From: an uncultured delta proteobacterium
GTDB lineage: Bacteria; Desulfobacterota; RBG-13-43-22
Assembly (NCBI GenBank): GCA_963743305.1
Contig: CAVUPH010000020.1
Span: 64,001-128,000 of the forward strand
Length of the DNA: 64,000 nucleotides
Direction: 5' to 3'
The notes under the pieces were generated by a model. That model ran no database searches. It was not told the origin of the DNA and saw only the letters and a program-made list of their open reading frames with translations. Made by a program: the position numbers and the translations under genes. Numbering within the stretch: the first letter of the stretch is position 1; every line of letters begins with the position of its first letter. Shown in pieces: positions 10,225-18,908 of the stretch.

Positions 10225-13200
10225 ATGCAACACGCTTCCTTCGTTCACCTTCATGTTCATACCCAATACAGCCTTCTGGACGGAGGTATCCGCCTCAAGG
10301 AGCTTTTCGAAAAGGCCCAGGCCTTTAAACTACCGGCCATTACCATGACCGACCATGGCAACCTTTTCGGGGTGGTGGATTTTTATAAGCAAGCCCCTAA
10401 ATATGGCCTGAAACCGATTATCGGCTGTGAAGTGTACGTGGCCCCTCAAAGCCGCTTTCACAAAGAAAGCAGCGCAAATCTCGAGAACGCCTACCACCTG
10501 GTCCTGCTCTGCAAAAACGAAAAAGGTTACCGTAATCTGCTCCAGTTGGTCACGCTGGGCCATTTGGAAGGCTTTTATTACAAGCCCCGGGTCGACCGGG
10601 AGTTGTTGAAAAAACACAACCAGGGCCTGATCGCCCTTTCCGCCTGCCTACACGGAGAGGTGCCCCACGCCCTCCTGCGGGGTGACCCCCAACGGGCGTT
10701 GGAAACAGCCCGTGAACTGGGGGAGATCTTTGATCGAGATCGTTTTTACCTGGAGATCCAGAAAAACGACATTCCTGAACAGGAAATCGTCAACTCCGGA
10801 CTAGTGGAACTCAGCCGCCGTTTGAATCTACCCTTGGTGGCCACCAACGATTGCCATTACCTGGCCCAGGAGCATGCCCGGGCCCATGATGTTCTGCTTT
10901 GTATCCAGACGGGTAAAACGATCCAAGATCACAACCGGCTTCGTTTTTCCACCAATCAGCTCTATTTCAAATCACCGGAAGAAATGCAGGCCCTCTTCGT
11001 CGACTATCCCGAAGCTATCGAAAACACGGTGCGCATCGCCGAACGCTGCAATTTGGATCTGCCGCTGGGGCACTCCCTTCTGCCCCGTTTCCCTTTGCCT
11101 CCCGAAGAGACCATGGATCATCGTTTGAAGGGGGAGGCCCGGGCCGGTTTGGAAAAACGACTCAAAGCCAAAGAAACCGATCCCGGGTTCCTGCCCTCGC
11201 GGTTCAAGGACTACCGGGCGCGGTTGGAAAGGGAGTTGGCAGTCATCACCCAGATGGGTTTTTCCGGGTATTTTTTAGTGGTTTCCGATTACGTTCGCCA
11301 GGCCAAGGAAAAGGGCATTCCCGTGGGCCCGGGCCGGGGGTCGGCTGCCGGCAGCTTGGTGGCCTATGCCCTGGAGATTACCGATATCGACCCGTTGGTC
11401 TACGGGTTGTTCTTTGAACGCTTTTTAAACGTGGAACGCAAGGAACTGCCGGACATCGATGTGGATTTCTGCGTGGAACGGCGTGATGAAATCCTGAAAT
11501 ACATTATCGAAAAATACGGCCAGGACCACGTGGCTCAAATCATCACTTTTGGGAAAATGCTCCCTCGGGCCGTGATCCGTGATGTGGGGCGGGCCTTGAA
11601 TATGCCCTACGGCGAAGTGGACCGGATCGCCAAACTGGTACCGAATATTCTGAAGATTACCCTGAAAGAGGCCCTGGAAAAGGAGCCCCGCCTCCGGGAA
11701 CTCAAAGAAAACGACCCGATGGTGCGGGAACTTTTGACCATTGCCGAGGTACTGGAAGGCCTCCCGCGCCACGCCTCCACCCATGCCGCCGGCGTAGTGA
11801 TTTCTCCCCAGCCGCTGGTCGAGTGCACGCCTCTGTACAAGGGGCCAAAGGGCGAAACGCTGACCCAGTACGATATGAAATCGGTTCAGGAGGCGGGTCT
11901 GATCAAGTTCGATCTCCTGGGCCTCAATAATTTGACCATCATCCAGTACGCCTTAAAGATGATCGAGCGGTCTCAGGGCCGGCCCTTGGCCCTCTCCCAG
12001 ATCCCCTTAGATGACCCGGCCGTCTACGAATTGTTGGGACGAGGGGATACCACCGGGGTCTTTCAATTGGAAAGTTCGGGCATGAAGGACCTGGTGATCA
12101 AGATGAAGCCGGAAAACTTCGAGGACCTCATTGCCCTGGTGGCCTTGTATCGTCCCGGACCGCTGGAAAGCGGCATGGTGGATGACTTTGTCAAGTGTAA
12201 GCACGGCTTGATTCCGGTCGAATATCTGCTGCCCCAGATGGAGCCGATCCTCAAAGAAACCTACGGGGTCATCGTTTACCAGGAACAGGTGATGGAGTTG
12301 GGCAGCGTCCTGGCCGATTACTCCATGGGTGAGGCTGATATCCTGCGCCGGGCCATGGGCAAAAAAATAACCGAGGTAATGGCCCAGCAAAGGGAACGTT
12401 TTCTGCAGGGAGCCAAAAAGAAGAAGATCGACCTCAAAAAAGCGGAAACGGTTTTCAACCTGATGGAAAAGTTCGGCGGCTATGGGTTCAATAAATCCCA
12501 TAGCGCGGCCTATGCCTTGATTGCCTACCAGACCGCTTTTCTCAAGGCCCATTATCCTCTAGAGTTTATGGCGGCCTTGTTGACCAGCAAAATGGGCAAC
12601 GCTCCCGATATTATCAAATATATCACCGAATGCCGGGAGAAGGGGATTGTCGTTTTGCCGCCGGATATCAACCAGAGCCGGATGGATTTTTCCATTTTTG
12701 AGGATAAGATCCGGTTCGGTTTAGCGGCGGTGAAAAATGTGGGGGAGGGGGCCATCGAATCCATCCTCGAGGCGCGGGAGCAGGGAGGGCCTTTCCTTTC
12801 TCTGGTGGATTTATGTAAACGGGTCGATTTATTTCGGGCCAATCGCAAGGTCCTGGAAAGCCTGGTCAAGTGCGGGGCCATGGATTCTTTGGGAGTGGCC
12901 CGTTCCCGCCTGATGGCTTTTTTGCCCGAGGCCACGGAAATCGGTCAACAATTGCAGCGGGACAGGACCGGCAATCAGTTCAGCCTCTTTGATTTGGGGG
13001 ATCAGCCTGGATTTGATATGCCCGAGTCGGAACCTCCGGCGCTGGAGGAATGGCGGGAAAGTCAGAAACTGGCCTTTGAAAAAGAAATTTTGGGTTTTTA
13101 CATCACCGGGCATCCCCTGACCCGCTTTCTGGAGACCATGCAGGCTTTAAAAGCGACGGCTATCCAGGACCTCTCCGAGTTGGCCGACAAAGAAACGGTT

Positions 13201-13695
13201 CACCTGGCCGGTACAGTGGCCGGTCTCAAGGAAATCAACAGTAAAAAAGGGGATCGTATGGCCTTTGCCACGATCGAGGATCTGACCGGCTCTTGTGAAG
13301 TGATCGTCTTCGCCGATATCTTCCGCAAGTGTTCTCCCTTGCTGAAGGATGAGCTCCCCTTATGGATCACCGGTAATCTGAGCAAGGACGAGAAAGGGGT
13401 TAAGGTCATCGCCCAGGAGGTCATGACCCTGGAACAGGCTGAGGAAACTTCAGCCGTTAAGGCCACCCTCTCCATTTCGGCCACCGGTTTGAGCCGGGAC
13501 CAACTGGCCAATTTATCGGTCTTATTGCGTCACCATCCCGGGACCTGCCCGGTACAATTTTTGGTTCATTGTCCAAATCAGACCCAGGTTTTGTTCAGCC
13601 TGCCCGATGTCTATAAGATCAAGCCCTCGACGCGGTTAAAGCGGGAACTGCGAGATCTTTTCGGGACCCCGATTTTGGAAGTGCAGTTCCAATAG
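10225..13695 (+). CDS. dnaE: DNA polymerase III alpha subunit
   Basis: PHP domain HLHVHTQYSLLDG, GPGRGSAAGS, PDIDVD, GYGFNKSH, OB fold; no intein-sized insertion. Confidence 0.98.
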   Translation: MQHASFVHLHVHTQYSLLDGGIRLKELFEKAQAFKLPAITMTDHGNLFGVVDFYKQAPKYGLKPIIGCEVYVAPQSRFHKESSANLENAYHLVLLCKNEKGYRNLLQLVTLGHLEGFYYKPRVDRELLKKHNQGLIALSACLHGEVPHALLRGDPQRALETARELGEIFDRDRFYLEIQKNDIPEQEIVNSGLVELSRRLNLPLVATNDCHYLAQEHARAHDVLLCIQTGKTIQDHNRLRFSTNQLYFKSPEEMQALFVDYPEAIENTVRIAERCNLDLPLGHSLLPRFPLPPEETMDHRLKGEARAGLEKRLKAKETDPGFLPSRFKDYRARLERELAVITQMGFSGYFLVVSDYVRQAKEKGIPVGPGRGSAAGSLVAYALEITDIDPLVYGLFFERFLNVERKELPDIDVDFCVERRDEILKYIIEKYGQDHVAQIITFGKMLPRAVIRDVGRALNMPYGEVDRIAKLVPNILKITLKEALEKEPRLRELKENDPMVRELLTIAEVLEGLPRHASTHAAGVVISPQPLVECTPLYKGPKGETLTQYDMKSVQEAGLIKFDLLGLNNLTIIQYALKMIERSQGRPLALSQIPLDDPAVYELLGRGDTTGVFQLESSGMKDLVIKMKPENFEDLIALVALYRPGPLESGMVDDFVKCKHGLIPVEYLLPQMEPILKETYGVIVYQEQVMELGSVLADYSMGEADILRRAMGKKITEVMAQQRERFLQGAKKKKIDLKKAETVFNLMEKFGGYGFNKSHSAAYALIAYQTAFLKAHYPLEFMAALLTSKMGNAPDIIKYITECREKGIVVLPPDINQSRMDFSIFEDKIRFGLAAVKNVGEGAIESILEAREQGGPFLSLVDLCKRVDLFRANRKVLESLVKCGAMDSLGVARSRLMAFLPEATEIGQQLQRDRTGNQFSLFDLGDQPGFDMPESEPPALEEWRESQKLAFEKEILGFYITGHPLTRFLETMQALKATAIQDLSELADKETVHLAGTVAGLKEINSKKGDRMAFATIEDLTGSCEVIVFADIFRKCSPLLKDELPLWITGNLSKDEKGVKVIAQEVMTLEQAEETSAVKATLSISATGLSRDQLANLSVLLRHHPGTCPVQFLVHCPNQTQVLFSLPDVYKIKPSTRLKRELRDLFGTPILEVQFQ

Positions 13696-13756
13696 ACAAA
13701 CGTTGAAAAGGTTGATACCCATTCCAGGAAGATCTGGTTTAGTTGGGTGAATAAAA

Positions 13757-13800
13757 ACGAATTTCGAATATCGAACACCGAATGTCGAATGAACGAAGAA
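13757..13800. repeat. Repeat family C: degenerate 7-nt tandem (CGAATAT/CGAACAC)
   Basis: AACGAATTTCGAATATCGAACACCGAATGTCGAATG; related arrays at ~17783-17826, 18626-18770 and 22036-22077. Confidence 0.8.
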
Positions 13801-13823
13801 TAGTTATAGGTATTTGACGGCCG

Positions 13824-14552
13824 ATGCCTACCTACCAGGAACGTTTTTACCGCACCCAAACCGCTTCTCCCGACTGGGTATCTTTTGCCATCCAGGTCAA
13901 GGAAAGCGACCTCTGGATTCGGGCCCGTCGAAATTTGGCTGAGGAAGGATATGAGCGGCTATACCGCCATCGTCAGAACATCGAAGAGTATCTCCGCCAA
14001 CATCCGGAGTTTGGAGAGGCGCTGACGCCGCTGCCTCCCGATCCTCTGGCGCCGGGAATTATTAAAGAGATGCTGGCGGCCGGGAGGGCGGCCGGGGTGG
14101 GACCGATGGCCGCCGTGGCCGGGGCTGTCGCTCAATACGTGGGAAATGATCTGCTGGACCTCTCCCCGGAAATCATTATTGAAAATGGGGGAGACTGTTT
14201 TATTTCCTGTCGGGAATCCCTGACCGTGGGTCTATTCGCCGGGACTTCCCCGCTCAGTCGGAGGATCGGGATTTCCTTGCCGCCTGCCGAGGAGTCGGTG
14301 GGCCTTTGCACCTCTTCCGGGACGGTCGGGCATTCCTTGAGTTTCGGCCGGGCGGATGCAGTGGCCGTACGCTCCTCTTCGGCGATCCTGGCCGATGCGG
14401 CGGCCACGGCAGTGGGAAATCGCGTCCGGACCCGGCAGGACCTGCCCGCGGCCTTGGCCTTCGCTCAAACGATCCCGGGGGTCGATGGCGTTTTAGTAGT
14501 CCTGGGAGATCAGTTGGGTCTCTGGGGATCTTTAGAAATCGTCACCCTTTAA
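13824..14552 (+). CDS. UPF0280 / ApbE-like family protein
   Basis: KESDL, VGPMAAVAGA, IIENGGD, CTSSGTVGHSLSFG.ADAV, ADAAATA.GN. Confidence 0.88.
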   Translation: MPTYQERFYRTQTASPDWVSFAIQVKESDLWIRARRNLAEEGYERLYRHRQNIEEYLRQHPEFGEALTPLPPDPLAPGIIKEMLAAGRAAGVGPMAAVAGAVAQYVGNDLLDLSPEIIIENGGDCFISCRESLTVGLFAGTSPLSRRIGISLPPAEESVGLCTSSGTVGHSLSFGRADAVAVRSSSAILADAAATAVGNRVRTRQDLPAALAFAQTIPGVDGVLVVLGDQLGLWGSLEIVTL

Positions 14553-14581
14553 GCCCAGGGTTCCGGGTCTGGTGATTAAGC

Positions 14582-14610
14582 TTGACTCCTTTCGAGGGTT
14601 TTCTTAGATT
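14582..14610 (+). promoter_or_regulatory. Putative sigma70 promoter of the YqgE gene
   Basis: TTGACT-17 nt-TAGATT just upstream of the ATG at 14617 (possibly a leaderless transcript). Confidence 0.45.
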
Positions 14611-14616
14611 AATGCT

Positions 14617-15189
14617 ATGACGCTTAATACGGATTCTCATTCTCTAAAAGGGCAGTTTCTCATCGCCATGCCGAGTTTGCTGGACCCTAATTTCCATCAA
14701 ACCGTAACCTGTATCTGCGAGCATTCCGTGGAAGGAGCCTTGGGGTTGGTGATAAACCGGGTCTACCCGGATTTGACCGGCTTGGCGATTTTCGAGGAAC
14801 TGGGATTACCTTTCATCCCGGGGCGGGAAGAAATTCCCATCCATGTGGGGGGGCCGGTTCACAAAGGGCAACTCTTTATCCTGCACGGACCTCCTTTTGA
14901 TTGGGAGGGCAATCATCCGATATCGACCTCCCTGGCCCTCAGTAATTCCAAGGATATTTTAGAGGCCCTGGCCCGGGGACAAGGACCGACGGCCTTTATC
15001 ATTGCCATGGGCTGCGCCGGTTGGGGACCGGGTCAACTGGAAGCGGAGATTATGGCCAACGCCTGGTTGACCTGCCCGGCGGATGAACGGATAATCTTTA
15101 AGGCGCCCGTTGCCCAGCGTTGGGAAATGGCTGCCAAATTACTGGGTGTCGATCTCGCCTTATTGACGGACACGGTTGGGCACGCTTAA
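14617..15189 (+). CDS. YqgE/AlgH family protein
   Basis: LIAMP..DPNF, GALGLVINR, GGPV, GCAGWGPGQLEAEI..NAWL, GHA C-terminus. Confidence 0.92.
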   Translation: MTLNTDSHSLKGQFLIAMPSLLDPNFHQTVTCICEHSVEGALGLVINRVYPDLTGLAIFEELGLPFIPGREEIPIHVGGPVHKGQLFILHGPPFDWEGNHPISTSLALSNSKDILEALARGQGPTAFIIAMGCAGWGPGQLEAEIMANAWLTCPADERIIFKAPVAQRWEMAAKLLGVDLALLTDTVGHA

Positions 15190-15395
15190 TGGGCGAAATT
15201 CGCAGCACCTTAGACCTTATTGAGGAATTGGATCAAGCCCGAAGCGAAAAGGTCCGGTTGGCCTTAGATCGACTGGCTGAAAGGAATACTTCAGGCACAG
15301 CGGTGGTCCCGAACCTGAACGGCGACCCGGAGTGGGTCGCTTTTCGCCGGCTAAGGATTGAGGAATGCCTCCGGGAACTGAGCCTTATCCTTTAA
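15189..15395 (+). CDS. Short hypothetical protein, possibly an internally deleted remnant
   Basis: ATG overlaps the yqgE stop (TAATG); MGEIRSTLDL...SGTAVVPNL..DPEW resembles the two ends of a longer deltaproteobacterial protein (recalled, not verified). Confidence 0.45.
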   Translation: MGEIRSTLDLIEELDQARSEKVRLALDRLAERNTSGTAVVPNLNGDPEWVAFRRLRIEECLRELSLIL

Positions 15396-15624
15396 GGTCG
15401 GTTGAGCAGGTAAGATAGTCTCGCCAAAAGTAGAAAGACTAGTGATAAGCTGGTTATTGGGGATTGCTTTGGGGGGGTTACGAATCCGTCAGATATAATT
15501 GAATTAATAGTCCTCCACCGCTCTAAAAGTAGCCTCTGCCGCCTCTTTCCCCACTACCACCTCCCCGTGCCCGGGAAGGAGAATCTCTAGTTCCAGGGCG
15601 GCCAGCCTGCGGATACTTTTAATG

Positions 15625-16188
15625 TCACTCAAAAAGATTTAATTGTCCGCTGGGTTTTTTCTTTTTCCCGGCCGTTTTTGGTTTGAACACTTCAATGGCC
15701 GGTCCCGGGTCTGCCGGTGGAGATTCCTTAATCTGCGGGAGGTTCGAGTCCGGTTGAACCAGGAAGGAGCGGAAACTCTCAGCCCGCCTGCGGATGTCAA
15801 CCAGGCGGGATTGCAGCGTAAATTCGATGGCGGCCTGAAAGCTTTTCAGATCCTCAGGCGCTAAAGATACTTTCCCCCGAAGGTTGGTTGCCAATTCCGG
15901 CCAGAGTCGGCAGTGGGGAAAAATATAAAAAAGGCCCGTCGTAACGGTCTGGTCGTCTTCGCGGCTTAGTTGAAGCAATGAGCCATCCCGAATAACCATC
16001 CAAGGATGGGTCGTTTGCGGTCTGGATTTTGAAAGGAAAAGACGCCGCAGGATGGGCTGGTGGAGGAAGCAGCGCCAGATTTGAGCGGCCAAAGGGCTTT
16101 GTTCCGACTGGGGAAGGGAATCAAATCTTTCTTGAAAGACAGCCGGCTCCACCCGGAGGAAATATTCCAGCCACCAGATGAAATTCAT
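15625..16188 (-). CDS. Hypothetical protein
   Basis: 187-aa ORF ending in KKKKPSGQLNLFE; no family recognised. Confidence 0.6.
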   Translation of the reverse strand: MNFIWWLEYFLRVEPAVFQERFDSLPQSEQSPLAAQIWRCFLHQPILRRLFLSKSRPQTTHPWMVIRDGSLLQLSREDDQTVTTGLFYIFPHCRLWPELATNLRGKVSLAPEDLKSFQAAIEFTLQSRLVDIRRRAESFRSFLVQPDSNLPQIKESPPADPGPAIEVFKPKTAGKKKKPSGQLNLFE

Positions 16189-16483
16189 ATCCCGGAGGGA
16201 GAGTTCGGTTTCCTCCTGAACGGTTAGAGATTCCCCCGGGCGGAGATGAGGCGTTCAGCAGGGAAATAATCTCTAAAAGGATATTTTCCGGGTAGAAATC
16301 CATGGTCGGGGCCTTAACGATTTGGTTTCCTTCATTAGATACCGGTAAGCGGGTTTCCTGTCAAGGGAATTGCCGACCGAAATTTTCGGGTTGGGGAGTT
16401 CACCCGGCCGAATCGTTAAAGGGAATTGACAACAAATCCGGGGTTAGTGTATGGTCTACTAAATTTCGAAAAGGAGGAACTCT

Positions 16484-17344
16484 ATGGAGATCAAGAAAAT
16501 TGGTGTAGTGGGAGCCGGTACGATGGGCAACGGAATTGCTCAGGTTGCCGCCCTCATCGGGTGTGAGGTCATCATGCGGGATGTGGAAGAGCGTTTTGTC
16601 CAGAACGGGCTCAAGAATATTGATCGCTTCTTAAGCAAAAGCGTGGAAAAAGGAAAAATGACCGAAGACCAAAAGCAGGGTGTGCTGGGACGCATTAAGG
16701 GGACCACCAACATGGCCGATTTGGCCGAAGTGGATTTTGTCATCGAAGCGGTGATCGAGGACATGGACCTGAAGCGATCGGTTTTTAAGGATCTGGATGG
16801 GATCTGCCGGGCCGACGTAATTCTGGCCACCAACACCTCCTCCATGTCCATCACCGAGATCGCCGTGGCCACCCAGCGTCCCGAGAAGGTGGTGGGTATG
16901 CATTTCTTCAACCCGGTCCCTTTGATGCGTCTGGTAGAGGTCATCCGCGGTTTTCATACCAATGACGAAGCGGTTCAGGTGACCACGGACCTGGCTAAGA
17001 AAATGGGTAAGGAGACGGTGGAGGTCAAGATCGATTCCCCGGGTTTCATCGTCAACCGGATCATGATTCCCCACATGTTGGAAGCCATCAACATCGTCCA
17101 GGAGGGTGTGGCCTCCAAGGAGGACGTGGACAAGGCGGTCAAGCTGGGTTTGAACTATCCAATGGGCCCCTTTGAGTTAATGGATCTAACCGGCGTGGAC
17201 ATCTGCAAGTTTGTGGCCGATTATTTTTATAAGGAGCTGAACAAGGAAGGCAAGTGGGTGGCCCCGACCCTGATGAAGAATATGATCCGGGCCGGCCGTC
17301 TGGGCCGTAAGACCGGCGCGGGGTGGTTCGATTATAAGAAATAA
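16484..17344 (+). CDS. hbd: 3-hydroxybutyryl-CoA / 3-hydroxyacyl-CoA dehydrogenase
   Basis: GAGTMGNGIA, IEAVIE, ATNTSS, GMHFFNP, PGFIVNR, LNYPMGP; AGGAGG RBS. Confidence 0.93.
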   Translation: MEIKKIGVVGAGTMGNGIAQVAALIGCEVIMRDVEERFVQNGLKNIDRFLSKSVEKGKMTEDQKQGVLGRIKGTTNMADLAEVDFVIEAVIEDMDLKRSVFKDLDGICRADVILATNTSSMSITEIAVATQRPEKVVGMHFFNPVPLMRLVEVIRGFHTNDEAVQVTTDLAKKMGKETVEVKIDSPGFIVNRIMIPHMLEAINIVQEGVASKEDVDKAVKLGLNYPMGPFELMDLTGVDICKFVADYFYKELNKEGKWVAPTLMKNMIRAGRLGRKTGAGWFDYKK

Positions 17345-17387
17345 AATAAGCCTGCCGAACCGGGTATAATTCATTCGGAGGATGAGT

Positions 17388-17430
17388 AAAACCCCGGTTT
17401 CCCCGGAAAGGGGAGCCGGGGGTTTTTTTT
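17388..17430 (+). terminator. Rho-independent terminator after hbd
   Basis: CCCCGGTTTCCCC/GGGGAGCCGGGG stem followed by T8. Confidence 0.85.
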
Positions 17431-17547
17431 ATCTTCGCCCTTCGGCCTGATATATTTTGAAGGGGAAGATAAACGGTTTCAAATTTCGTATTAATGCCCA
17501 GGTCGGGGGCTGGTCCTCGGAAAGCATGAAAATAACCGAGCCAGTCC

Positions 17548-17642
17548 GTCATTGCGAGCGAAGCGAAGCAATCCCCCGTGCGGCTCACCCCTGCCTCCCC
17601 CCAAGCTTAACCAAGGGATTGCTTCGCTTCGCTCGCAATGAC
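17548..17642. repeat. Repeat family B (GTCATTGCGAG..GCAATC palindromic REP/RPE-like element), copy 1
   Basis: GTCATTGCGAGCGAAGCGAAGCAATCCC / GGGATTGCTTCGCTTCGCTCGCAATGAC perfect inverted repeat. Confidence 0.9.
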
Positions 17643-17827
17643 AGTGCAGTAGGGCAGGCGACCCCGCCTGCCGGCTGAGCAAGGGATACGGTTAACTCCA
17701 CATCCAAGGTGAGGCGTAGGCGGGGGTGGTCAAATCCAGCCCCGGTTTGGGCGGCGGGGTCGCCGCCTCTACGAAAAACCCCTTCTTCATTCGAAATTCG
17801 GCGTTCGATATTCAAAATTCGTTCTTT

Positions 17828-18393
17828 TTACGGACTAAATTCCTTCAGGAAAGCGGCCGAATCCATGACCCTCAGCAGCGGATAAAGGGGATTACGCCGA
17901 TAATTGTCCAGGGTCCGCTGGTGCATTTCCGGGGTGGGGGCGGCCGAGCAGTCCTCCAGGATGACCGACCCGAAAGTCATGGCAGAGGGCGTCCAAGGCT
18001 GTGGTCAGGACGCAGAAATGGGTGGCGATGCCGGTGACGGCCACCGTATCGATTTGAGAGTAGCCGCAGGGTCATGTCCAGATCGGTCTTGAAAAAGGCA
18101 CTGAAGCGGCGTTTGGGTAAAACAATGTCCGTGGGGGCCTGATCCAAAGCCTCCAGCACTTCAGCCCCCGGCGTACCTCGCAACGAGTGGGCCTTCATCT
18201 TCCCCTGAAAAATGAAATCACCTTCCAGGAAGCTGTCACAGGCAAAAATGATCGGGATTCCTCGTTGACGGGCTTCCTCAAGCAAGCGGTTCAGCGCCGG
18301 GACCATGGCCCGGGCGTGGGCGGTAATGGGCAGGTGGTCCTCGTCGTGAAAATTGTCCTTCACCATGTCGACGACAATAATGGCCGGTTTCAT
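17828..18393 (-). CDS. Isochorismatase-family cysteine hydrolase (two frameshifts, near 18055 and 17965)
   Basis: AIIVVDMVKD, KRRFSAFFKTDL, then in shifted frames VTGIATHFCVLTTALDA and VILEDCSAA to TAA at 17828. Confidence 0.8.
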
Positions 18394-18407
18394 AGGTTTT
18401 CTTCGCG

Positions 18408-18593
18408 CTAAAGGACGGTCAGCAGGTCGCTGAAGTTAATCTCCAGCATCTTGGCGCTGGCCAGGATACGGTCGGCGTTGCAGTCCGCCGCCTGAACCCC
18501 TCCGGAGAGATTTTTAAGCTCCAGGGCGGCGGTTTTGATGATTTGGATTTGCTCACTCAAGGCTTTTAGTTTGGCGATTTCGATTGGTTCCAT
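18408..18593 (-). CDS. Small hypothetical protein
   Basis: 61-aa helical ORF with GGGGA RBS, immediately upstream of the hydrolase. Confidence 0.6.
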   Translation of the reverse strand: MEPIEIAKLKALSEQIQIIKTAALELKNLSGGVQAADCNADRILASAKMLEINFSDLLTVL

Positions 18594-18625
18594 CGTGATC
18601 CCCTTCACCCCCGAAGTGCTAAAAA

Positions 18626-18770
18626 GATGAACATCGAACGTCCAACATCGAATGTTGAATAAGAGAAAATGAATAAATCCCGCCGAGATCGGGTTTAATG
18701 TTCAGTATTGGGCCTTTGTTTTTCATTCGACGTTGAACGTTGGATGTTCGATGTTGGACGTTCGATTTCG
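18626..18770. repeat. Inverted pair of family C heptamer arrays
   Basis: GAACATCGAACGTCCAACATCGAATGTTGAAT (~18629) faces TTCGACGTTGAACGTTGGATGTTCGATGTTGGACGTTCG (~18726). Confidence 0.75.
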
Positions 18771-18908
18771 TGGTCTTTCCTCTTGTTTTTTGTTCTTGCC
18801 CAGAATCCAGTATCAATGGTTCCGCAAGTCCTTGAACCGCCGGGCCTTGCCCTCCGGCCGGGGCAAGGCCCCGGAATGGAAAGGTCTTTGGCCGGGTCGA
18901 TCCCCATC

